A stretch of DNA of 64,000 nt from Pseudomonadota bacterium (GTDB lineage: Bacteria > Pseudomonadota > Alphaproteobacteria > 16-39-46), in assembly GCA_018242545.1 (NCBI GenBank), contig JAFEBT010000002.1, positions 4,973-68,972 of the forward strand. The letters are read 5' to 3'. The notes below the pieces were generated by a model, which ran no database searches, was not told where the DNA came from, and saw only the letters and a program-made list of their open reading frames with translations. Shown in pieces: positions 20,973 through 29,516 of the stretch (within the stretch, counting starts at the first letter, position 1; every line of letters starts with the position of its first letter). Position numbers and translations under genes: made by a program.

Positions 20973-21279
20973 CTTCTTTTAATTCTCGCTGTTTTATGAT
21001 TTTCATGAGTTCTTGGGCATTTAATACCATTTCCCTTTGACCTCCATTTATTCCTGGATAATCTGTAAGAGTAATAACAGCATTATAAATATCTAAACGT
21101 GTAAATTTTTTTGTTTTTAAAACCCATACAAATTCCAAAAGAGTATAAGAGGAAATAAAAGCTTCACCTTTTTTAGAAAATATCTTTAAAAAAATTTTGG
21201 GATTTTTTTGCTTGATTTAAATCATCTTCTAAAAAAGCTTGGGCGAGAATATTCGTACGACACCTATCATCTTAAGTTT
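20973..21279 (-). pseudogene. disrupted ORF (toxin-like remnant) spread over three frames
   Basis: Minus-strand translation gives MIGVVRIFSPKLF* / LEDDLNQAKKSQNFFKDIF* / KKGEAFISSYTLLEFVWVLKTKKFTRLDIYNAVITLTDYPGINGGQREMVLNAQELMKIIKQRELKEVDFRVTSE*. The final piece is track ORF 20947..21138. The whole lies directly downstream of a small antitoxin-like ORF. Confidence 0.25.
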
Positions 21280-21447
21280 TCATTCCATAGTAGATACTGC
21301 TTGGGCAATAGCATCATCAATCTCTTCTATTGACATAGGAGACATCTTTTGATGTTTTCCTTGCCCAAAAAATTCCCTAATGTTTCTTGTTTTTGGATAT
21401 ATTTCTACTATTTTGTCTTTTCTTAAGTTAAGTAAGTTTTGATTCAT
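21280..21447 (-). CDS. small antitoxin-like protein (55 aa)
   Basis: MNQNLLNLRKDKIVEIYPKTRNIREFFGQGKHQKMSPMSIEEIDDAIAQAVSTME, an ATG..TGA ORF. Its size, the FFGqgk...IEEID C-terminus and its position upstream of a broken ORF suggest a VapB/MazE-type antitoxin. Confidence 0.3.
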   Translation of the reverse strand: MNQNLLNLRKDKIVEIYPKTRNIREFFGQGKHQKMSPMSIEEIDDAIAQAVSTME

Positions 21448-22288
21448 GATTTAACCCTAAAGATTCTCTGACATTTCTAGGAATAACAATCTGACCTTTT
21501 CAAGAAACAGTAGCTTTAATCTGCAGAGCATACTTTTAATTAATAATCCATTAATAAAACAAATTAACACAGCTTAATTAAGATTTAAAAGCAATCTCTA
21601 TATCCTTACCACAAAAGGCTATTCCTATCTTTATTATTTTTTTTGACAGCGGGATAAGATTTAAGTTTATCTTCATAATTTTTTGCCTCTATTTGATGGA
21701 ATGGAGTGCACCCTCTGCAGCTTTCTTTAAATTATCTTCTTTTTGTGCAATTTTATATTCTAAAATAAGACCAATCAGATTTTTGAGAAAGGTATTTGTG
21801 GCATGCTAAATCCTTTAATATACCTCATTAACCTCTGTATCTTTTACTTTTCATTAAGTCACTTAAAATGACTTATTGAGGAGAAGATGACGTTGCCTCT
21901 TATAAACGAATAACTTTAAAAAGAAAGTCGCGTTTAGGGAAAAATATACCGTAAAACTTAGAGAATAGGAAAGAAAAGAATTATAAGGGATCAGAGCTGC
22001 TTCAAAGATATATGAGAAAGCATCTAAATTTACTGATTTTTTGAGTTTATAGAACGCACACTACATTTTAAAATGGTTAAGGTAAAATTTATTTTTTTGG
22101 CCCTCTTTAAAAAGAAAATTTAAAAGGTTTTTATTTTTTTATGTTATTTTAACTTGATTTCTCCAAAAAAGAGGTAGAATATAATAATTAATACATAATA
22201 GTTCGGAATATCTTTTATAATATCGTAAACAAAAATGTAAAAGATATAAACAAAGTAGAAACAAACAATAAAAATACTGGGAGCTGCT

Positions 22289-22837
22289 ATGACAGAAAGT
22301 ACCCAACATCTTCTTGAAAAAATTCGTCCACCACGTGTCGAAATTACATACGACGTTGAAATTGGTGATGCCATTATTATGAAACAACTTCCTTTTGTTG
22401 TTGGAATTATGGCTGATCTTTTGGGCGTTCCTTTAAATCCACCCACCAAACTTAAAGACCGAAAATTCATAGAAATTGATTCCGGTAGCTTTAATACTGT
22501 TATGGGAAAAATGGCACCTACGCTTCCTTTGCGCGTTCCAAACGTGCTTACGAATGAGGGAGGAGACCTTAATATACTCCTTACATTCAATACAATGGAT
22601 GATTTTAACCCTATCAATATCGCAGGGCAAGTTCCCGAGCTCAATCAACTTTTGACAGCGCGTCAACATCTTTCTGATCTCTTAACAAAGTTAGACGGAA
22701 ATGATACGTTAGATGGGTATCTCCAGGAAATTATTGCAAGCTCAGCTCTCCAAAAGAGCCTCCAAGGCGAGGTTCAAGCTGAAACCGCACAAGCAGACGC
22801 AAAGCCAGGTGATGTTCAACCAAAATCATCTACTTAA
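22289..22837 (+). CDS. tssB: type VI secretion contractile sheath small subunit TssB (VipA)
   Basis: 182 aa. PRVEITYDVEIGDAIIMKQLPFVVGIMADL...LLTFNTMDDFNPINI is a typical TssB (DUF770) sequence. Confidence 0.9.
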   Translation: MTESTQHLLEKIRPPRVEITYDVEIGDAIIMKQLPFVVGIMADLLGVPLNPPTKLKDRKFIEIDSGSFNTVMGKMAPTLPLRVPNVLTNEGGDLNILLTFNTMDDFNPINIAGQVPELNQLLTARQHLSDLLTKLDGNDTLDGYLQEIIASSALQKSLQGEVQAETAQADAKPGDVQPKSST

Positions 22838-22898
22838 TAAGTTACATTCGTCATTTAAATAAAGTAAAAAATCTAAACGAGACGGGGAGTACGAAAGA

Positions 22899-24380
22899 AT
22901 GGCCGATCCAACACAAGCTCCAGGGACAACAACTTCAGCACCCGCTGGAAATTTTTTAGACCAAATGATCCAAACTGGTAAACTCGCCAGGGATCCTTCT
23001 CAAGTGCCGTATGCACGTCAGATGGTTCAAGAGTTCCTTAATCAAATCCAAGAACAAGAACCCGTGTCAACAACTGATTGTGTTGCGTTTATAAATCAAC
23101 GTATCCAAGCTATTGACACTCTTTTGTCCAATCAGATTAATTTAATTCTACATGATCCACAGTTCTCAAAGTTAGAAGGTTCTTGGCGCGGTCTTAATTA
23201 TCTCGTCATGAATACTTTTACAGGAACAGAATTAAAGTTACGTGTTCTTCATGCAACAAAAGAAGAACTTCTTGATGATCTTCAAAAAGCCGTTGAATTC
23301 GACCAAAGTCAATTGTTTAAAAAGATTTATGAAGAAGAATACGGTACTTTTGGTGGGAATCCTTATTCTTGTTTAGTTGGAGACTATTATTTTGGACCCA
23401 ATCCTCAAGATATGGCCTTTTTAAGCAAAATGTCTGGCGTCGCTGCTGCTGCTTTTGCACCTTTCATTGCAGCTGCAGATCCAACAATGTTCAACTTGGA
23501 TACATTTACGAATCTTGGTGTTCCGCGCGACTTAGCAAGTATCTTTGATAGTGTTGAATATGCAGAATGGAATGCTTTGCGCCAAACAGAAGATTCTCGA
23601 TATATTGTTTTGACACTCCCACGCGTGCTCATGCGTCTTCCTTATGGTCCCAATACTGTTCCTGTTGACGGGATGAATTTTGTGGAAGATGTTACAGGAA
23701 CCGATAATTCAAAATTCTGTTGGGGAAATACGGCTTATGCCTATGGGCAACGTATTACAAACGCTTTCTTCCTTTATAACTGGACAGCTGCCATACGTGG
23801 CGTTGAAGGGGGCGGGCTTGTGGAAGGTCTTCCTGCTTATACCTTCAAAACAACAGAAGGTGATATTGCTCTGAAATGCCCAACTGAAATCGCAATTACA
23901 GATCGGCGCGAAAAAGAATTAAGTGACTTAGGCTTTGTCGCACTTTGTTATTGTAAAGGAACAAATAAAGCTGCCTTCTTTGGAGCACAAACGATCCAAC
24001 AACCGATTGTTTATAACACAGCAGAAGCAAACTCAAATGCTCAACTTTCTGCACGAATCACCTATATGCTTGCAGCTTGCCGTTTTGCCCATTATATCAA
24101 GTCCATTATGCGGGATAAAATTGGCAGTTTCATGACAAAAGATAATGTTGAAAATTATCTTCAAACATGGATCGCAAATTATGTGCTTTTGAATGACAAT
24201 GCACCCGAAGAGTTAAAGGCTGAATATCCTTTAAGAGAAGCACGCGTCGATGTTTTTGACGTTCCTGGAAGTCCAGGCAACTACAAAGCAACCGTCTTCT
24301 TAAGACCTCACTTCCAACTCGAAGAACTGACAGCTTCCTTAAGGCTCGTTGCAACCCTTCCACCTCCTGCAGGAGGTTGA
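22899..24380 (+). CDS. tssC: type VI secretion contractile sheath large subunit TssC (VipB)
   Basis: 493 aa with conserved TssC blocks (LDQMIQT..., GNPYSCLVGDYYFG, LPRVLMRLPYGP, ARITYMLAACRFAHYIK). It sits directly downstream of tssB. Confidence 0.9.
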   Translation: MADPTQAPGTTTSAPAGNFLDQMIQTGKLARDPSQVPYARQMVQEFLNQIQEQEPVSTTDCVAFINQRIQAIDTLLSNQINLILHDPQFSKLEGSWRGLNYLVMNTFTGTELKLRVLHATKEELLDDLQKAVEFDQSQLFKKIYEEEYGTFGGNPYSCLVGDYYFGPNPQDMAFLSKMSGVAAAAFAPFIAAADPTMFNLDTFTNLGVPRDLASIFDSVEYAEWNALRQTEDSRYIVLTLPRVLMRLPYGPNTVPVDGMNFVEDVTGTDNSKFCWGNTAYAYGQRITNAFFLYNWTAAIRGVEGGGLVEGLPAYTFKTTEGDIALKCPTEIAITDRREKELSDLGFVALCYCKGTNKAAFFGAQTIQQPIVYNTAEANSNAQLSARITYMLAACRFAHYIKSIMRDKIGSFMTKDNVENYLQTWIANYVLLNDNAPEELKAEYPLREARVDVFDVPGSPGNYKATVFLRPHFQLEELTASLRLVATLPPPAGG

Positions 24381-24462
24381 TCCTCACCTTTAAAAAAATT
24401 CTAAAAAATAAAAAATGCTCACCAACTTATAGATTTTCTAAAATCGATGCGGGAGAAATACC

Positions 24463-24960
24463 ATGGGTAATAATGTTAACATTGTCTTACAGTCCTCACA
24501 AGCAAGTCTGCTTGCCGGAAATGTTGCAACAACAGGATATACAAATGCGGTCCGGGTAGAAAGCTTTCCTGCTGTTATTATTAAAAATCCTTTTCGTCCA
24601 ACACGCTCTGGAAATCGTAATCTTACAAACCCAGGAATATCACCGATTACAGTTATTGCACCTTTTGGAAGCGTGACACCCATGGCGTTTCAAGCTCTCT
24701 GTAATGGAAACAACGTTGGAACAATTACAATTACAGAACTTATCTCTGATGGCAAAACAGCTCAAACCCAACGTGTTTTAGTTCTAACCAATGTTTATCT
24801 TATTGAATGGGCTATGCAAGGAGATCGGGATGGAGGGTTATGCTCTTTTACGATGACATTTGACAGTCTAAAGCAGACACGTTCCTCCATAGGTCAAAAT
24901 CAAAAAGCAGCTGGAAAAACCTCAGCCTCAACAAACATTAATACCTCCGCCACGGGTTAA
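24463..24960 (+). CDS. hcp: Hcp-like tube protein, divergent paralog
   Basis: 165 aa. Its blocks align with P. aeruginosa Hcp1: SPITVIAPFGSVTPMAFQALCNGNNVGTITITEL with QDLSFTKYIDKSTPNLMMACSSGKHYPQAKLTIRK; VLVLTNVYLIEWAMQGD with YLIITLKEVLVSS; SFTMTFDSLKQT with NVTLNFAQVQVDY. Confidence 0.55.
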   Translation: MGNNVNIVLQSSQASLLAGNVATTGYTNAVRVESFPAVIIKNPFRPTRSGNRNLTNPGISPITVIAPFGSVTPMAFQALCNGNNVGTITITELISDGKTAQTQRVLVLTNVYLIEWAMQGDRDGGLCSFTMTFDSLKQTRSSIGQNQKAAGKTSASTNINTSATG

Positions 24961-25001
24961 AGAGGACAAACAAAAATAAGAAATATATTCATGAAAACCA
25001 T

Positions 25002-25637
25002 ATGGAGACTACCATGGCTACCTTAACTGTTCCAAATCCCTCTTTTCTTTTAAATCAAACACTTACTGAAGCAAGTAATTTTGCTTCCACACTTGAAGAT
25101 CCTGATTTACCAGCTGCCATTAAGAAAGTTATCGCGCTTTCCAATAAAGATGAAGGCATTAACGAAGCACCCTCGATTCTTATGACGATTGCCAATATTC
25201 CCGGCGTATCAAAGGCAGGATCGATTTCAAAAGCGATTGAAGTTTATGGGTTTTCGTTTGCTGCCCGCAGAAAATCAGTTGAAGGAAAAGATGGGCAGCT
25301 TCAAGCAAGTGGGAATGTTATTGTTGAAGATCTCATTGTTGTTTGTCCAGATGACGCTTATGTTGAAACAGGCATTCAAAGTATTTGTACCGGAGCGAAT
25401 GTTGGAAACGTCTCGCTTTACTTTCTGAGAAATATTGGAACAACGGCACAAATTGACTCTCAAATTGACCTCACCAATTGTCGTCTCTCTTCTTTCTATG
25501 AAAACCAATATGTTTCCACAATGGGGTTTGGATTTGATACAATAAAAGTAACTTATTTTCCTGTGGCAGATACGGGGACAGCAAGTGGTAAAGTTTCAGC
25601 TGGATTTGATCTTACAACGAATGCCCCTGTCAAATAG
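25002..25637 (+). CDS. hcp: Hcp (TssD) tube protein with ~50-aa N-terminal extension
   Basis: 211 aa. KAIEVYGFSFAARR, EDLIVVCPDDAYVETGIQSICTGANVGNVSLYFLR and DTIKVTYFPVADTG...KVSAGFDLTTN align with the Hcp1 core blocks. Confidence 0.7.
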   Translation: METTMATLTVPNPSFLLNQTLTEASNFASTLEDPDLPAAIKKVIALSNKDEGINEAPSILMTIANIPGVSKAGSISKAIEVYGFSFAARRKSVEGKDGQLQASGNVIVEDLIVVCPDDAYVETGIQSICTGANVGNVSLYFLRNIGTTAQIDSQIDLTNCRLSSFYENQYVSTMGFGFDTIKVTYFPVADTGTASGKVSAGFDLTTNAPVK

Positions 25638-25651
25638 AATTTTGTTCTTCC

Positions 25652-26185
25652 ATGACATCAGATGTTATTCCTTTAAAAAAAAATACGGATCCTCTTTTTA
25701 AAAAATGGAAGAAAGAGGGCAGTTTTGTCCCTTTATTTGTAAAACTTCAAGATCTTAATACGGATCAAAAAGAAGAAGCACCTCCTTTAAGATATTTCTC
25801 AAAAGAAGAGCTTCAAGCTTCTGTTATTACAAATATTTCTGATTTATTAAATACACGTGTTACCCTACCCGCTCATGTTTTTAATGCAATTATTCAAAAT
25901 GATCAATTTGAAGGATATCCAGAGCTTTATGGTCTTCCTGATTTTTCCTATTTTGATGCGAGCAATCAAGCCACTTGGAGTTATTATACCTTTCTAATTA
26001 AGACGGCCATTGAACGCAATGAATCTCGATTAACAAATGTTAGTGTTGTTCTTGAAAAATTTATGCCCCCTTTTCAAACGCTACAAGCTACAATTAGCGG
26101 AGATTTGATTATAAATGAAATGACGGAACCTCTTTCTTTCAATGTTACTTTAACATCTTCCCATACACAACGATCACCTTCATGA
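25652..26185 (+). CDS. tssE: type VI secretion baseplate protein TssE (gp25-like)
   Basis: 177 aa with the GPW_gp25/TssE signature ISDLLNTRV. Its stop overlaps the tssF start (ATGA). Confidence 0.8.
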   Translation: MTSDVIPLKKNTDPLFKKWKKEGSFVPLFVKLQDLNTDQKEEAPPLRYFSKEELQASVITNISDLLNTRVTLPAHVFNAIIQNDQFEGYPELYGLPDFSYFDASNQATWSYYTFLIKTAIERNESRLTNVSVVLEKFMPPFQTLQATISGDLIINEMTEPLSFNVTLTSSHTQRSPS

Positions 26186-27996
26186 AAAACTCTTTTTTAA
26201 ATTTATTAACCTATTATGAACGGGAAAGAAGCTATCTCAAAAACATGGGGGCTATTTTTGCTGCTCAATATCCTAAAGTAGCCAGACGGCTAGATATTGG
26301 GCACGATGAAATTTCAGATCCCCATGTCAGCAGGCTTATCGATTCGTTTGCATTTTTAACAGCATCCTTGCAACAAGATATTGACAATGAATTTCCAAGA
26401 ATTTCAACGGCATTGCTCGAAGCTCTTTATCCTCAATTTTCAAACCCTATTCCTTCTTTCAGCATTGCACAATTCCAAGTCGATCCTTCCAAAGGAAAAT
26501 TAACTTCAGGATTCTCAGTTCCAAAAGAGACCTCTGTCTTTGCCTATGCAAGCGAAGGGGTTACATGTCAATTTCAAACAGGATATGATGTTGAATTATG
26601 GCCTATTGAAGTCTCAGAAGCTTCTCTCGTCAAAACAAATATTTATAATTTTCCAAATTTTTTTACAAATGATCCTTATTGTCTTCGAATTCGGCTCACA
26701 ACCCTCGAGGAGCCTTTAAAAACGCTTGGATGCACGTCCTTACGTTTTTATATCAAAGGAACAAATGCCTTTCAAACAAGTCTTTATGAATCTCTTTTTT
26801 TAGGAGAGAAACCTTTAGGAGTTGCTCTTAAAGAAGGAGATCAAGTTAAAATTCTTCCAAAAAACTCCTTAAATCCCGTCGGTTTTTCACAAGAAGAGAC
26901 TGTTCTTCCTCTTTCAAGCCGCACACATCCAGCCTATGGTCTTCTTCTTGAATATTATTATTGCACAGACAAATTTTTCTTTTTTGATATTTCAAATCTC
27001 GATATGTCACTTGCAGAAACAAATATAGATCTTCTGATCCCTGTATCAAATGTAGAAATACTTTTAAAACTAAGTCTTTCAAAAGACAATTTTTGTCTAG
27101 GATGTACCCCTATTATTAACATTTTTAAAAAAATTTCAGAGCCTTTTAAATTATCACAATACACAACAGAGCATCGCCTTGTTGCAGATCAAAGACGTGA
27201 ACTTACCACTGAAATTCACTCCCTTATTTCTGTTCAAGGCATCGCGCCAGATGGGCTTACAACACAAACCATTCCTCCTTATTTTTCTTTTGATTATGAA
27301 GCGTCAACAACCTCTCAAGAATTTTTTTGGTATGCACGACGTACTCCAAGCACAAGATCTGGCCTTCCAGGAACCGACATTGAACTTTCTTTCGTAAATC
27401 TTGATTTTAATCCCGCGACGCCATCTCGTTTTGAAACGATTTTTGCTTATACTTTGTGCACGAATCGTTCTCTTGCTCCAGAACTTCCTGCAGGAACTCT
27501 TTTAGAAGTAAATGAATCTTTTCCCATTCACAACGTTGTTTGTCTAAAATCTCCAACATCCCCTGTTTACCCGCCAACAGAGGGAGCAACACTCTGGGGT
27601 TTAATTTCGCAACTTTCTTTAAATAAACTTTCCCTTTCAAATTCTCCTCAAAGCATAGAAAGACTTCAGGGAATTCTTAATCTTTATACTAAATTTGGGA
27701 ATGCTGAAAGTAATTCTGAAATAGAATCTCTCGTTGGAATGGCATGCTCTTATAATGTTGAAAGAATGGGAAATGAAGCATGGCGAAATTTTGCACGTGG
27801 AATCTCAATTACATTAACCCTTGATGAAAGTAAAACAGGAGGAAAATCTCCTTTTCTCTTTACAGCCGTTTTAAATCAATTTTTTGGTCTTTATGTTTCA
27901 TTAAATTCTTTCACACAACTTAATATTCAGAAACTTAATCAAGAAGGATATTGGAAACAATGGGCGCCTCTCTCCGGAACACAACCCCTTCTTTAG
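26182..27996 (+). CDS. tssF: type VI secretion baseplate protein TssF
   Basis: 604 aa. The N-terminus (LLTYYERERSYLKNMGAIFAAQYPKVARRLDIGHDEISDPHVSRLIDSFAFLTASL) matches the TssF N-terminal consensus. Confidence 0.85.
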   Translation: MKNSFLNLLTYYERERSYLKNMGAIFAAQYPKVARRLDIGHDEISDPHVSRLIDSFAFLTASLQQDIDNEFPRISTALLEALYPQFSNPIPSFSIAQFQVDPSKGKLTSGFSVPKETSVFAYASEGVTCQFQTGYDVELWPIEVSEASLVKTNIYNFPNFFTNDPYCLRIRLTTLEEPLKTLGCTSLRFYIKGTNAFQTSLYESLFLGEKPLGVALKEGDQVKILPKNSLNPVGFSQEETVLPLSSRTHPAYGLLLEYYYCTDKFFFFDISNLDMSLAETNIDLLIPVSNVEILLKLSLSKDNFCLGCTPIINIFKKISEPFKLSQYTTEHRLVADQRRELTTEIHSLISVQGIAPDGLTTQTIPPYFSFDYEASTTSQEFFWYARRTPSTRSGLPGTDIELSFVNLDFNPATPSRFETIFAYTLCTNRSLAPELPAGTLLEVNESFPIHNVVCLKSPTSPVYPPTEGATLWGLISQLSLNKLSLSNSPQSIERLQGILNLYTKFGNAESNSEIESLVGMACSYNVERMGNEAWRNFARGISITLTLDESKTGGKSPFLFTAVLNQFFGLYVSLNSFTQLNIQKLNQEGYWKQWAPLSGTQPLL

Positions 27997-28991
27997 AAGA
28001 ACAAATTTATAAAGAAGCGTATGCTTTTGAATTTGTGCAAATGGTTCATATCTTAAATCATCTTACACCAGGAACCATATCGCCTGGAGAGACAGCTGAT
28101 CCTCAAAAAGAATCTGTTTTTTTTAAATCAAATGCTTCTTTTGAATTCACATCAAGTGACCTCTCGTCGCTTATTCCACGTGAGAATGCTCCGCCTATTT
28201 TAAACGTCAATTTTTTAGGCATCGCAGGTGCGCAAGGACCCCTGCCGGCTCCTTATACACAAATTCTTTTAGATCGAATGCGTTCAAGAGATTACACCTT
28301 TCGGGATTTCTTAGATATTTTTAACCATCGGCTTATCTCTCTTCTTTATCGAATCCGTAAAAAATATAGAACAGAACTTTCTGATGTAAAAGCTTCTGAT
28401 TCAACAATCGGAAAAATGCTCCGTACTTTTTTAGGATTTGGATTTAAAAATACACTTTTCGAAAATCAGTTTAGTCTTTCAGATTCTGCTCTTATTGGAA
28501 TGGCTGGTTTATTCTGGGAAGCTTATCCTTCTAAAGCAGGACTTCAAAATGTTATAAAACATTATTTTAAGGTCCCCACTCAGGTTAAAGATTTTAGAGG
28601 AAGATGGGTATCTTTTAAAGATTCTCAACAAACACGCTTAGGAACACTTGCTGGAAAATTTAATGCTCTTGGAGAAAACAGCATCCTCGGTAAATCCGAA
28701 TGGGATAAAATTGGAGCTATTACACTTGTTCTTGGACCTCTTTCTTTTTCTCAATTCACTTCTTTTTTTCGAGGACAAAACGCTTTTCAAAATCTTTGTG
28801 ATTTAACGACGCTTTATGTAAGATTCGGAATTACTTTTGATTTAAATCTTATCCTTAAAAAAGAAGAAGTTCCGGATCTTCTTCTTGGAAAATCTTCTTA
28901 TCTTGGATGGAGTACTTGGCTTAAATTACAACCCTTTACCAAGGATGATCAACAAGTTTACATTCATCCCTTAAATTCAGATGTTTTATAA
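27951..28991 (+). CDS. tssG: type VI secretion baseplate protein TssG
   Basis: 346 aa. The N-terminal block (EAYAFEFVQMVHILNHL) and downstream position match TssG. It overlaps the tssF 3' end. Confidence 0.8.
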   Translation: METMGASLRNTTPSLEEQIYKEAYAFEFVQMVHILNHLTPGTISPGETADPQKESVFFKSNASFEFTSSDLSSLIPRENAPPILNVNFLGIAGAQGPLPAPYTQILLDRMRSRDYTFRDFLDIFNHRLISLLYRIRKKYRTELSDVKASDSTIGKMLRTFLGFGFKNTLFENQFSLSDSALIGMAGLFWEAYPSKAGLQNVIKHYFKVPTQVKDFRGRWVSFKDSQQTRLGTLAGKFNALGENSILGKSEWDKIGAITLVLGPLSFSQFTSFFRGQNAFQNLCDLTTLYVRFGITFDLNLILKKEEVPDLLLGKSSYLGWSTWLKLQPFTKDDQQVYIHPLNSDVL

Positions 28992-29393
28992 AAAGATATA
29001 AGTCTCTTTCCTTCTTTATTTAAATATATTTAATATTTGCTTAAGATATTTTGAAAGATTATTCAAATTAATTAAAATCAAAAAATAAAATTTTTCATTA
29101 GAACCATCAATAAGTTAATTAATTTCGAAGCTTAGATTTATTATTAAAGAAAAAATATTTTCAGTTTATAGAGTAAAAATTTTTGCATTTATCCTCTTTT
29201 TAAGCTAAAGTTAAGAATTTTACGTATCCTAAAATTCTTTTTCTGAGGGTTGTAACATAGAAACCAGTAATTTCATGTAAAGAGTATAGTATATAATTTT
29301 TTATATTTTTGGTTGTTGAAATTTTATTAATGAATCCATATATTAAAGTCATTAATACACTTTTTTTAAATTAATTTGGATAATTTCAAAATT

Positions 29394-29480
29394 ATGAAAA
29401 AGAATTTTTTAGTGCAATTTTATAGCTTAATGCTTTCTTTAGTCATTGTCTCTTCCTCCCTTTTTGCAATGGAACCATGA
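29394..29480 (+). other. stand-alone Sec-type signal-peptide ORF (28 codons) ending in TGA, in the same frame as the downstream 702-aa ORF
   Basis: atg aaa aag ... gca atg gaa cca tga translates to MKKNFLVQFYSLMLSLVIVSSSLFAMEP*. It has a KK n-region, a hydrophobic core and an A-x cleavage context. The downstream ORF continues in frame 0 straight after the stop. Confidence 0.6.
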
Positions 29481-29516
29481 ACCCACACACCTGACGAATC
29501 TTTCAGAAGCCCGGTT

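Noticed and set aside
22139-22669. Minus-strand ORFs (82, 166 and 78 aa) overlapping tssB and the T6SS promoter region
   Set aside because: They lie antisense to a well-supported tssB gene and AT-rich leader. Their low-complexity hydrophobic translations (FYIFVYDIIK...) are typical of spurious ORFs in AT-rich DNA.
29478-29480. Possibility that TGA is recoded as a sense codon genome-wide (as in some reduced symbionts), which would make the signal peptide and 702-aa ORF one normal gene
   Set aside because: TGA clearly functions as a stop elsewhere in the window: tssE terminates at TGA overlapping the tssF ATG. Genome-wide recoding is therefore unlikely. A local nonsense mutation or read-through remains possible.
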